Below, one piece after another: positions 12,301-23,426 of a DNA stretch of 34,530 nt. Source of the DNA: Octopus bimaculoides (lineage: Eukaryota); assembly GCF_001194135.2 (NCBI RefSeq), contig NC_068989.1, positions 35,961,423 to 35,995,952 of the forward strand, given 5' to 3'. The notes under the pieces are model-generated. The model saw only the letters and a program-made list of their open reading frames with translations, did no database searches and was not told the origin of the DNA. A program made the translations under genes and the position numbers. The number at the start of each line of letters is the position of its first letter. The stretch's first letter is position 1.

Positions 12301-15012
12301 AGTACTTGACTGGTACTTTGTTTTATTGACCTCTAAATAGACGAAAGGCAAAGTTGAGTTTAGAAGAATTTTAACTCAGAACACAAAGAGCTGGAAAAAA
12401 TGCCACTAAACATTTTGTCCAACATGGTAATAATTCTGCCAGCTTCTTGCCTTTGTAATGCTTCTAAATTTTGGTACAAGGCCAGCAATTTTTTAGGAAG
12501 ATGGGGCAAGTTGTTTCCATCTATCTCAGTAGTTGACTGGTTCTTTACTTTATTGACCCCTAAAAGATGAAAGACAAAGTTGGCCTTAGTTGGATTTGAA
12601 CCCATAATGTAGAGCTGAAGGAAAAGCTGTTAAATATTTTCTCCAGCATGCTAATGATTCTGCCAGCTTACTGCTTTAATACTAATAATTATTTTCTACT
12701 ATAAGCACAAGGCCTGAAATTTTGGGTGATGGGGTTAGTTGAATACATTGACCCAGTGCTTAACTGATGCTTGTTTTATCACCCCTGAAAAGGGTGCAAA
12801 GTAAAGTTGACCTCAACAGAATTTGAACTCTGAATGTAAAGAGCTGGAAAAAATGCCACTAAGCATTTTGTCCAACATGCTAAGGCTAGCACTTTTGAGG
12901 GATTCAGTATCATTGAGACTGGAAATATGAAAAGCAAAGTTGACTCCAGCAGGATTTGAACACAGAACATAAAGAGCCAGACCTGAAGAAATACTGGAAA
13001 GCAATTTTTCTTATAGAGATGTAGGTTACAAATTATGGAAGGGCATAGGTGATAACAGTTGTTTACCAGTTCTATATTTCAACATGTAAAGATTTATTTT
13101 ACTGTTTCAGGAAGCTGAGTTGCAGTTGGAAGCTGAATCTTCAAAATCTAAAATTGTTTCCAACCCTACCCACAACTATAAAGACAAATACAAGCATTTA
13201 ATTGGTGAAGAAGCTGCAAAAGATGCTGCCAAGCAGACTACTGCAAACAAATCTTATGGCTTTGGTGAGTGTTTGAACTTCTTGTGAAGCAAGTATGATT
13301 CTTAAAGTCAATGTTCACAAACTGTTTAGACTTTACTCATTAGAGCATGTGGAATAGTTTGGTGTTGGGTGAGGTTGTTAATCTTTTAACTGTAAAATTA
13401 AATTCCATAGTTATTCCGGCAATGATGTTAAATATTGACCAAAATAACAGAATTAGTATTTTCTGCAAGTTGTGTTGCCTCATTAAACTTGGCATATCTA
13501 AAAAAAAATAGTTTCACATCATATTCCTCAACAAAAAGTAGATTTGTGTATAAAACTGCTTCCTTCAGTAAAGGGTAATGACATTTTAAATGGATATATC
13601 TGATTTCTGCACTAAAAGGGCTAATGACCTGTGATCACTTTGGGGAAGTCTTTGATTATCATAGCACTGTGCTGGAAAACATAGGTGGTGTCTTCTAGCA
13701 TAGCCTCAGGTTGCCCAAGAAATATATTTCCCCTTAACCGGATATATTTTTATGGACATTTGGAAATGATAGACACCTCTTGTATAACCATGACACTCAT
13801 TTACAAATATCATGTGATGTCAAGATGAGGTACACACACACACACACATACATATTTATATACATACTAGCAGTAATACCTGTCGTTGATCGAGTAATTA
13901 CATTTACTCTTTCTTGGGAGCCACATTCAAAGTGTTATTATATATATAATTTACTCATCCTGTATATATGTATTTTATAAGAGAAAAACATAATAATTGA
14001 AGTAGAAAAAAGATCAGTTTCATACACGAACTTCTGTTTGTTTATTATATGACAATAATAACGGAGTTGTATTTGTTACTTTGTATATCAATACAGTAAT
14101 GGCAATTATATAATACACAAGGCTTTGGTCCGCATAGAGCTGTAATAAAAGAGAATTGGGACTGAACCCAAGGCGACATGGTTGGAAAACAAGCTTCTCT
14201 ACCACACAGCCATGCCTACAAATGAGAGATACATTTTAGATAATATACTCCTTGATACAATATGCTTTACAAAAAGATGGGATGTTTACGGCGAGAATTT
14301 TTATAAATTCTAATATCTACTCGACCAACGCAACAACTAACAATGCTACACCGTACAGGGTATTCCAGAATGAAATATCAGTTTCAATGAAATTGAGCAC
14401 ATTTTAAAAGAAACTGACAGAATTTTATGCTTATTACTTAATTGTGATACCAAAACAAATAGATTTATAAATCCTATGTCAAACTTTTATTGAAAATTTT
14501 TAACATGTCTGTATCCCTGCATTGAAACACATTTTGAAGCATTTCAGGAGTTAGTTCCTACATTGCTAACTAAATGTGTTCTTTAAGCTCAGCTAAATGA
14601 TTGCTCCATCTTGGGGATGGAGGTAAAGAAAATGATTGCTGAAAAAAAGCTGTCATGGACAAATAAGATGCCGATGCATAATGTTGTTCACATTAGGATA
14701 TAAATTATTTATTTCAAATATAATAGAAATAAGATGATTTTAATGTTATCACATTAGAATTAAAAGTGCAGGAATAAAAGTGAAACACTATCATATCACA
14801 TTACAATATAGATCATATTTTTTCACTTTTGGCATTGCAATACCAATTGCTCTGGGCTTGCATTAGGCAAGAAGTTGAAAATTCTTTTGGCCCATGACAC
14901 TCCATGGACCCCAAGTAAACCATGTGTAAAATTTGAATGAAATCGGTTGGATATTTCTCAAGTTTTAGGGATTCACACACACATAGACCGACAGACAGTC
15001 ACACATTCTCAG

Positions 15013-15043
<31 letters not shown>

Positions 15044-18000
15044 TGATGTGTTACTTTCAGTTTCCTTCTACCAAATCCACTCATAAGGTGTTAGTCTGGG
15101 GCTAAAGGAGAAGATACCTGTCCAAGTGATACATAGTGAGACTGAGCCTGAAACTACATGGTTGAAATGTAACTTCTTAACCACACAGCTATATCTATGT
15201 AAATGTATGCCCCAGCATGGCCACAGTGTGTAACTGAAGCTAAGAAAAGGACGCACGCACGCACACACACAAACGCGTGTGTATTGCGGAGTGAAAAAAA
15301 AAGAATCTACAGCAATTACTTCCCTTCATATTCAAGTCTACTCTTTTATGGATTTGATAAAAAAATTATCAGACAAAATTCTGGGGTTGACATAATCAAT
15401 ACCCACACTCTTAAAACACAATACAAAAATATATAAAAAGCAAGATAAATGCATAAATGGAAGCAGGATTTGGTAAAGGGTTAAGAATAGGGTGAATGGC
15501 AGTGGGGCAGAGTGAGGGGTACATATGGTGAGAAAGGGTGGAGATGGATTTAGATAGAAGTTTAGAGTGTATTCATGAATGAAGGCTTCAAATTCAGTTT
15601 TTTCTTTGTTGTTGCTGTTGTCTACCTGCAAATCAATAAATCAACTTTGTACAGACTTATGATCAAAGGCAATCCAACCACGACCACTTTATGTAGTGTA
15701 TCTAGAACTACTTTATTGTTTCTGTCACATAAGCTTGATTCAAGAGAGATATTTGGCTGTTATTTCATCTCTAGCAGGTTTGATGACTCTACAGAGGCAG
15801 TCATTAGCTACTTAAAATTTTTTTTTTTTTATAAGGTATAGAATTAGTCAATGCATTATTGCAAATGGCAGTGAAACATGGGCTGTAACTGCTGAGGACA
15901 TGCGTAAGCTCGCAACGAATGAAGCCAGTATGCTCCGTTGGATGTGTAATGTCAATGTGAATACCCGTCAGAGTGTAAGTATCTTGAGAGAAAAGCTGAA
16001 CATTAGAAGCATCAGTTGTGGTGTGCAAGAGAGACGATTGCGCTGGTATGGACATGTGGTGAGAATGGATGAGGATAGCTGCCTGAAAAAGTGCCACACA
16101 CTAACAGTTGAGGGAACCCGTGGAAGAGGTAGGCCNNNNNNNNNNNNNNNNNNNNNNNNNNNNNNNNNNNNNNNNNNNNNNNNNNNNNNNNNNNNNNNNN
16201 NNNNNNNNNNNNNNNNNNNNNNNNNNNNNNNNNNNNNNNNNNNNNNNNNNNNNNNNNNNNNNNNNNNNNNNNNNNNNNNNNNNNNNNNNNNNNNNNNNNN
16301 NNNNNNNNNNNNNNNNNNNNNNNNNNNNNNNNNNNNNNNNNNNNNNNNNNNNNNNNNNNNNNNNNNNNNNNNNNNNNNNNNNNNNNNNNNNNNNNNNNNN
16401 NNNNNNNNNNNNNNNNNNNNNNNNNNNNNNNNNNNNNNNNNNNNNNNNNNNNNNNNNNNNNNNNNNNNNNNNNNNNNNNNNNNNNNNNNNNNNNNNNNNN
16501 NACCATTTTGAGCGTGGCCGTTGCCAGTATCGCCTGACTGGCCTTCGTGCAGGTGACACGTAAAAGCACCTACTACACTCTCTGAGTGGTTGGCGTTAGG
16601 AAGGGCATCCAGCTGTAGAAACTCTGCCAAATTTAGATTGGAGCCTGGTGTTGCCATCCGGTTTCACCAGTCCTCAGTCAAATCGTCCAACCCATGCTAG
16701 CATGGAAAGCGGACATTAAACGATGATGATGATGATGATACTGTATATTGAAGAGTGTGGGACAGCAGTGGTGGACTTCAGGACAGCCAGTGACAAGTTA
16801 AGGGTTTATATTGTCATCAGATATACACTTGTTAGTCACAAAGTTCGTTAAACTGTAAAAAAGGTACAACCCCGAACAGAAACAAGTGACCGAGAATTTT
16901 TTTAGCTTGCTGTACTGTGGATAATGTCTATGAAAGTGAAAAGTGATATGGACCACCGAGTCCTCCTTAAGGATGACTGATGACTTGTGCAGCGACTGTG
17001 TTTAAAGTGCAGAGTTATGCACTGTTAACTTCCTTCTCTTGGCTGTGATCATCTTCAATCCAGTGGCAAGACCAAGTCAAGACAAATGCGGATGTAAACG
17101 AATGCAGTAGATGACCGAGATGTCTTACTTGCCTCATCTTACCCTCTGCACTCCACAAGGCATTGCTGCAGTGTCTTCCCTCTGTTGAATCATGAAGGTT
17201 TCTTCCACAGTATCTGCCTGATTCAAGCTTCACATGCATAAATAGACAAATCTACCTGTAGTAGTACGTGTAGTATAATCTAGAGATTACACTACACATG
17301 GAGGATGTTTCCAGAGGTGTCCTTGGAGTAATCCAGAAGACTCACTGTCCTATATTTTAGAAATATAATGGACAGTAATCACTCTAAATGTAAACGTTTA
17401 TTTACCATTTGACTGTGAATTAACACTTGGTACAATTTCATCTGGTTAAAGTGAGAAACAAATATTCAGTAAGTGTGAGGTGGTCAAAGTTGTTATAAAG
17501 ATGATAGATAATCTTGTGGGCTACAAAGATGTCAAAACTTTAATGTATCGATGTCTAGAGTAGCAACATGTTCAAGACATGGTAAATGGCTAACTGAGGA
17601 TATTCACCTAATTGCACCTATCTTGAAAGCTTCCAGTAGATTGATATTCTGGATATAATGAGGATTCCAGACTAGATGCAAACTGTAGGTGTGAATGTAC
17701 CATAGCAATATATATAACTTTAAATAGATGGCTGGTGGGTGGCTGAAAAATGTCTTTAGTGAAGGACTTCTAGTAGAATCTTTCAAGAGAGGAAATATTC
17801 TGCCTAAAACCATTTCTGTCACACACACACACACGAAGGATTCCTAGCTAAAACATTAAAATTCTCCTCTTCTTCCCTGTAAACCAATTTATTCCAGTTT
17901 GTGAACTTTGGTACTTAGTATTTGTCAATTTTATTGGATTCTGTTCTGTTACTCTGACATTTTATCATCAAGAAAATGTTTGCAACAACTACATTACTAT

Positions 18001-21000
18001 TTACTGTATAAAAATATAATGGTCTGTTTGTTTTTAATTTGTGCAATCAATTTATTTACGAATGTTGAAAACAATTTTTCTACATTTAAAATGGAATGAA
18101 TTAAAAAAAAATCTCGTGGGTTATGTCCCTTGGCACGTAATCACTCTGGTCAACTTTACCCACCGAGGTCAACTTTACCCTTCATCCTTTTGAGATCTAT
18201 AAATTAAGTACCAGTGAACAACGAGTCAATGTAATCGACTAGTCCCCTCCCCACAAAGTTCAGGCTTTGTACCTGTAGTAGAAAGGATTATTATTATTAT
18301 TATTATTATTATTAAGTTTAGAACTGAAATTATCGTCCATGTCTATGATTAAATGAAATAATGAATTACTTAAACACTGTACTCACCTCCATCATCATTC
18401 TTGAGTAAGTATATTATTTCCCTAGAATTATTCTAAATATCTTAGAACAATTTGGGCCTCAGGCCTCATGCTATATGTGTGACCTGAGTTTAATGTAACA
18501 AGAAAATCCCTTAGCTACATGCACAAACCCTTACACCCATGAATGTGTCATTGATGAAACTCATGCTTTTACCTGCTGCTAATTGAGAGGTCACTGATAT
18601 CCAACTCTCTTCACACTCTCGTGTTATGTTCCACTTTCTTGATTCTGGAACTGTGCCATGTTTGCTGTTGTTTTCTCTTCTTAATGTTTTGTTATTTTCT
18701 CTTCTTAATGTTTTCTGTTATTATTGATTTCAAATTGTGGCGCACAAGGCCAACGATTTTGAGAGAAGGGATAAGCCGATTACATTGACCTCAGCCCTCA
18801 AGTGGTACTTATTTTATCAACCCTGAAAAGATGAAAGGCAAAGTCAACCTCAGTGGAATTTAAGCTCAGAATGTAAAGATGGACAAAATGCTGCTAAACA
18901 TTTTGCCTGGCATGCTAATGATTCTGCCAGCTCATTGTAGTGGCTTCTACTCTAGCAAAGTCCACTGTCCCTTCACCCCTCCTACCTGATACACTATCTG
19001 CTTCCCTCCATTTATCACCCTTGCCTTTGTTTTTTAATTTTACTTAGTAAGTCTAGAGGAAGGTTTAGGGCCCATATCCTTTGTAGATCCTCTAAGACTG
19101 GTGGACTTAATAATGTTAATCATTATCATCAGCTAATGTCTGCTTTCCATGCTGGCATGGGTTAGACAGTTTGACCGAAACTGGTGAGCTGCACCAAAAG
19201 TTCCAATCTGATTTGGCATGGTTTCTATGGTTAGATGCTCTTCCTAACGCCAACCACTCCAAGAGTGTAATGGGTGCTTTTTACATGTCACTGGCATGGG
19301 TGCCAGTTATGTGACACTAGTTGGCTTAACAAGTCTTCTCAAGCATGGCATATTGCCAAAGATCTTGGTCACTTATCTCCTCCCTAAGGTCCAATGTTCA
19401 AATGGTGCTTTTAATGTATCACTGGCATGGATGCCTCTTACGTGACAGCATCGGCCATGACTACAGTTTTACTTGTCTTGACAGGTCTTCTCAAGCACAT
19501 AATATCACCAAAGGTCTCGGTCACTTGTCATTTCTTCCATGAGACCCAATATTTGAAGATCATGCTTCACCACCTCATCCCATGTCTTCCTAGATTTTTC
19601 TCTTCCACAGGTTCCCTCCACAGTTAGTGATCGGCACTTTCTTTACACAGGTGTCTTCATCCATATGCATCCTATGACCATACCAGCACAGTTGTTTTTC
19701 TTGCACATCCAGTGAAGCATACTAGCATCATTTCTTTCAAGCCAACACATGTCCTCAGCAGTCACAGCCCATGTTTCACTGCTGTGTAGCATGGCTGTTC
19801 GCACATAAGTATCATACAGTCTGTCTTTTATTCTGAAGGAGAGGCTCTTTGTTACCAACAGAGGTAGGCAGTCTCCGAACATTGCCCAGCCTGTTTTTAT
19901 TCTAGCAGCTACACTCTTGGAGCATCCCCCTCCTTTACTGACTTGGTCACCAAGATAACAGAAGCTATTGACTACATCTAGCTTTCCCCTCTGACAGTGG
20001 ATGGAGTCTATTTTCTGTTTTAGTGTTTATTGTACCTGTGCACCTTCCACAAACAAAAACTATTTTCCTTGTTAGCCTTCTTCTGATATTGTTGCACCTT
20101 TTATGTGTCCATAACTTTCATTTAAACTATTACAGGTTAGCACTTGCAGGAAAGATATGAGCAGAAAGAAAATTCTAATGGGAGAGGAAAGACTGAGCGT
20201 AGTGGTTAACTTGCAGCTGGGTTGGGATGGATGATTAAGGGTGATGAAAGGTAGAGAGATGAGTGGGTTGAGAGTGCTTGAATGGTGGAAGTATGAAACC
20301 AGACTGCTCCAACGAGCAGAGGGCCTTATAGTAATGATGGGAAAGACAGACAGAGAGAGGAGATACAATGCCTATGGGCCAGAGGATGGAGCCTGTTTAT
20401 TTGTGATTTAATGCCAATCTCTTGTGTAGCCCTTCTCTAAATGTGATCAAGGGTTCTGTGAATGTCAGCAGCACCATTGTAGATGTGAAAGCAGTAATCC
20501 ATCATCCGTAGCTGGGTGATGATAAAGAGAAATATTTTCTGGTTCTGAAAAGAATGGTCAGATTCAGGGATACAATCTAAACTGTGTTACTGACGTGCTT
20601 TTGGTGAGAGAGATCCTTGCTGATAGTGGGACCCAGCATTTGGAGCTACCATAAGGGCACTACCTGAGTGCCACTGGGTTGCATGTGCCATATCCCTGAC
20701 AATATCTTTTGGATGTTCTTTGTTTGACCATTTTCCTTAATTTATTCAGGTGATAATTCATTGAGGATTATGATGATTTTGACATGATCATGATGAAGAT
20801 CATAATAACGATGACAAATGGTTATTATTATTATTATTGTGATGGTGAGCTGACAGAATCATTAGCACAACGGGTAAAATGCTTAGTGGTATTTTGTCTG
20901 CCACTACGTTCTGAGTTCAAATTCCGCCATGGCCAACTTTGCTTTTCATCCTTTCGAGGTTGATTAAATAAGTACCAGTTATGCACTGGAATCAATGTAA

Positions 21001-21502
21001 TCGACTTAATCCCCTCCCCCAAGCTGCCCTTGTGGCAAAAATTTGAAATCATCATTATTATTAAGATGGTGAGCTAGCAGAATTATTAGCACTGCAGGCA
21101 AAATGCTTAGTGGTATTTTGTCTGCTTTTACGTTTTGAGTCCAAATTCCACTGAGGTTGATCTTTTCAGGATCAATGAAATAAGTACCAGTTGCACACTG
21201 GGGTCAGTGTAATTGACTAACACCATCCCCTAAAATTTCAGGCCTTGTACCTATAGCAGAAAGGATTATTGTTAATTTTTTTTTAATTCTGTTATTTTTT
21301 TCTGCTTTTAAAACACATTATTTTTGCTTACTTTTTTGTCTTCTATCTTCTGACAGTTCCGAGTGAAAACAAGCGAGACTCCAGAACTATTGAACAGGTC
21401 CTGGCTGACACTCGAGCTAAGAAAAAACTAAAGACTGACACTGGTTCAATCCCAGATCCCTCCGTGGTCACTTCTTCCTCTGAAGATACTGCTCAGCCTT
21501 GA
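9249..21502 (+). CDS. SPAG7: SPAG7 (sperm-associated antigen 7, R3H-domain protein), 5'-partial; five coding exons: 9249-9337, 9987-10071, 11782-11871, 13111-13264, 21357-21502
   Basis: All four introns are GT..AG and the phases (2,0,0,1) join in frame. Spliced peptide: [187 protein letters not shown]. Motifs [38 protein letters not shown] and NKRD.R.IE match SPAG7 as I recall it. Confidence 0.96.
9987..10071 (+). CDS. SPAG7: SPAG7 exon, 85 nt ([28 protein letters not shown])
   Basis: Acceptor tttgtattgcag ends at 9986; donor gtaacg at 10072; contains the R3H His and the AGLTSFSFG motif. Confidence 0.95.
10330..11450 (+). mobile_element. CR1/Jockey-group LINE reverse-transcriptase remnant
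   Basis: [13 protein letters not shown] (LDISKAFD-like motif), then [15 protein letters not shown], a degenerate GVPQG-like segment, PTLL..., NNIHSYTDN (YADD equivalent); many lesions. Confidence 0.75.
11782..11871 (+). CDS. SPAG7: SPAG7 exon, 90 nt ([30 protein letters not shown])
   Basis: Acceptor ctag ends at 11781; donor gtcagc at 11872; phase 0/0. Confidence 0.95.
11990..13000 (-). mobile_element. Head-to-tail array of ~5 SINE family B copies (~11990-12210, 12227-12450, 12452-12674, 12676-12885, 12886-13000)
   Basis: Repeated GATGAAAGGCAAAGTTGAC..GGATTTGAACTC..AGAA..TAAAGAGC..GCATTTT..CATGCTAATGATTCTGCCAGC, the reverse complement of the copies at 20841-21270. Confidence 0.85.
13111..13264 (+). 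CDS. SPAG7: SPAG7 exon, 154 nt (EAELQ...[29 protein letters not shown])
   Basis: Acceptor actgtttcag ends at 13110; donor gtgagt at 13265; phase 0/1. Confidence 0.95.
14117..14218 (-). mobile_element. SINE family A head fragment
   Basis: GGGACTGAACCC...CATGGTTGG...CTACCACACAGCCATGCC is the reverse complement of the family A head. Confidence 0.7.
14354..14625 (-). mobile_element. Tc1/mariner-type 3' end fragment
   Basis: TA+CAGGGTATTCCAG terminus; the minus strand reads [20 protein letters not shown], resembling a transposase C-terminus. Confidence 0.5.
15052..15195 (-). mobile_element. SINE family A, 5' half, decayed
   Basis: CTTTCAGTTTCCTTCTACCAAATCCACTCATAAGG...ACTACATGGTTG...AACCACACAGC. 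Confidence 0.75.
15851..16739 (+). mobile_element. RTE family 1 LINE, 5'-truncated, apparently young; contains a 366-N gap (16136-16501)
   Basis: Uninterrupted frame [47 protein letters not shown]; clean tail ending (GAT)6; CpGs retained. Confidence 0.9.
16950..17230 (+). mobile_element. Possible 5'UTR fragment of an RTE/BovB-like LINE
   Basis: GATGACTTGTGC..TTTAAAGTG..CCTTCTC..TCCAGTGGC..GAATGCAGTAG layout resembles BovB-type 5' regions as I recall them; no ORF. Confidence 0.35.
17270..17815 (-). mobile_element. CR1-group LINE 3' end remnant
   Basis: Minus strand reads LGRIFP...LKLY....[15 protein letters not shown], then LDIDTLK..., typical of a CR1 RT C-terminus. Confidence 0.65.
18148..18313 (+). 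mobile_element. SINE family B, 5'-truncated, with (TTA)9 tail
   Basis: Core CCCTTCATCCTTTTGAGATCTATAAATTAAGTACCAG; the 14-nt GGTCAACTTTACCC is duplicated at 18148 and 18167. Confidence 0.8.
18718..18936 (-). mobile_element. SINE family B, full length
   Basis: Ends CATGCTAATGATTCTGCCAGCTCA, the reverse complement of the head; core is intact. Confidence 0.85.
19119..20118 (-). mobile_element. RTE family 1 LINE, 5'-truncated and decayed
   Basis: Reverse complement of the 285-1413 sequence; peptide WTHKRCNNI..., [29 protein letters not shown]; (ATC)n tail at 19119. Confidence 0.88.
20119..20690 (-). mobile_element. CR1-group LINE remnant (RT C-terminus plus pyrimidine-rich 3' region), abutting the RTE
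   Basis: Minus strand from 20502 reads [42 protein letters not shown] (YCSHIW / LAHRR motifs). Confidence 0.65.
20841..21270 (+). mobile_element. Two tandem SINE family B copies (20841-21062, 21065-21270)
   Basis: Heads GATGGTGAGCTG/TAGCAGAAT (A-box-like) and GAGTTCAAATTCC (B-box-like); the first follows a (TTA)n run and the second follows the first copy's ATT tail. Confidence 0.88.
21357..21502 (+). CDS. SPAG7: SPAG7 last coding exon ([24 protein letters not shown]...AQP*)
   Basis: Long polypyrimidine tract and tgacag acceptor ending at 21356; TGA at 21500-21502 is in frame with the phase-1 junction. Confidence 0.94.
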
Positions 21503-21804
21503 CACCCGTCTTCTAATTATTGTATCTATAGAATTTTTTTTTTTTTCAGATTTCCCTCCCCTTTCATTTTTTACCTCCATTAATATCATAGTTTTTTTTT
21601 AAAAAAAGATACAAAACAACTTAACAAGTTTTATTATTGTTTTTAATAACTTTCCATATCTTATTTGATAATATTTCAAAGTTGTTCATTTTTTTAAATG
21701 ATATGAACTGTAAAATAATATAAGAATTTGTTAAATGTTGATCATAATTTACAAGAATATTGTTAAAATCTCAGTGTATACAATCGAAACAGCATCATAT
21801 TATA

Positions 21805-22853
21805 TAGCCATCTATACGTCATACTTAACATATATGCACCATTGAAGACAATGATGGTATGGTTTTTGCCTGAGTCTGTTTTTGTAGACCTGCTGTGTTG
21901 AAAACATATATATCAGAGGATGGTGAATATGGTCCTAGCAGTGATTCATAAAAAACACCAGATGTATTTTGCCCTTTTTTGGGGCCTTGTTACTCAGTAG
22001 TCACATGCACAGACAAAATCTGTCCCCTTCAACATATTGGAAACCATGACTAATGCATTCACTGACATTGCAAAAAGCTTGCCAAGCAAAATTCAAACAA
22101 CTATCAAAAAGGCCAAAATGCATTTTGTGTTCTCATGAGTCACTGGCAGGATGATTTTCTTTCTTTCTTTTTTTTTTGTCTCTTTCTCTCTTGTATATAT
22201 CCTGTCTTTTAACCCTTTAGCATTCGGATTATTCTGTCAAATGTAATGCTTATTTATTCACTTTGTTTTGAATTAATCCTGCATTATCTCATAGCTTTGG
22301 GTTTACAATAATGTGATTGTTTATTTTTAGAATGTCATTGCAGGGTAAGTTTGAATGACTGGATCTAGCCAGTTTGAATATAAAACAGATAGAATATTTT
22401 GGCCGGTTTAAATGCTAAAGGGTTAAAACAGCATATTTATATACAGATTTTCTCTCAGATGAAAACCACACTATCTTGCCTGTCAACTGTGTATATACAT
22501 GACGTATAATATCTTGATAGCTGTTTTAATTTAATGCTGTTTCAGTTGCAGTCATAAGTCTTTATTCAGCCCAGTGGCTATTCACAATATTGGTAAGTAT
22601 TATCTATTGTTTCCTATATATCATAGGGGACAGATTTTGTCTAGGCATCTGACTAATGAGTACATGTCATTGACAAGGCCCAAGAAAGCTGAAATGCTTC
22701 TGGTTATCTTATGAACACTGCCGAGACAATATTTTATCTTGTTCTGATATTGTGTTTTTAACAACATATCTATGAAGAGATTTTCTCCCGGGTAAAAACC
22801 ACATCATGCCTCTCAACAGCATATATGAATTAAGTATGATACATAGATGGTTG
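21805..22853. mobile_element. Old foldback / long-TIR non-autonomous DNA element (arms ~21805-22106 and ~22515-22853)
   Basis: Arms align as reverse complements, e.g. CCATCTAT..TCATACTTAA, GGTTTTT, GCAGTG.TTCATAA, GGGCCTTGT, AGACAAAATCTGTCCCCT, AAACA.CTATCAA; TA at 21803-21804 and 22854-22855. Confidence 0.8.
22213..22422. mobile_element. piggyBac-type MITE, copy 2, nested in the foldback loop
   Basis: TTAA|CCCTTTAGCATT...AATGCTAAAGGG|TTAA: perfect 12-bp TIR with TTAA TSD. Confidence 0.88.
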
Positions 22854-23426
22854 TACGGTTAATTTTTTTTTTTTTTGAATATCAACAAAACAACGTTAAT
22901 TATATTTTTAAGCAACATGAGCATGATGATTTTTGTTAATTTTAAAATTTATAATTAACATGGGTGTAATAATTTTTGTTGCCATAAATGTAACAGTTGG
23001 ACAGTTTTCATAGTGCTAAGCACTTTGGATTTTCAAATTGCATGAGGCTGCCTCTAGAACTGTTATACAAATCTTCCTATTTTAAAATATTTAATTTTTA
23101 TTTATGAACCTTGTGTTGTGTTCTGTATTCCAAACACCATCTTAATGAAAATGTTTGTTTACCTAAACCCTTCAAATATTTGATACATGAAAAGATGGCT
23201 AGGAAATGAAGGATTAAATTATCACTAACTGCTGCTAATTTTCGTCATGTAAACTGAAAGAAGCAGTGTTATATGCCTTACTTTAGACGTTAAAGTATTG
23301 GACTTAATTGTTGCAGTTATTGTGTCGTGTTATCCTGAACAAGGTACACAATCTGATTATTTCAGTTTTACTTGGTAGACATTTAATAAGTTCCATTTCA
23401 TTATTCAGTGATTAGGCAGTTGAGAC

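Larger units (their letters stand above)
13866..15024 (+). mobile_element. Possible non-autonomous Helitron/Helentron-like (DINE/HINE-type) element with nested fragments
   Basis: 5' ACTAG followed by a degenerate hairpin (ACCTGTCGTTGATCGAGT); 3' AAATTTGAATGAAATCGGTTGG...ACAGACAG..TATATATAT as in DINE-like elements. That the two ends belong to one element is inferred. Confidence 0.45.

Noticed and set aside
15900-16657. Long ORFs (150-230 aa) in the ORF track at 15900-16657 and 32480-33014
   Set aside because: They are inflated by N runs; the only real coding part is the RTE fragment at 15900-16135.
18671-18714. 20-bp direct duplication TTTTCTCTTCTTAATGTTTT with period 24
   Set aside because: Ordinary slippage duplication beside a SINE tail.
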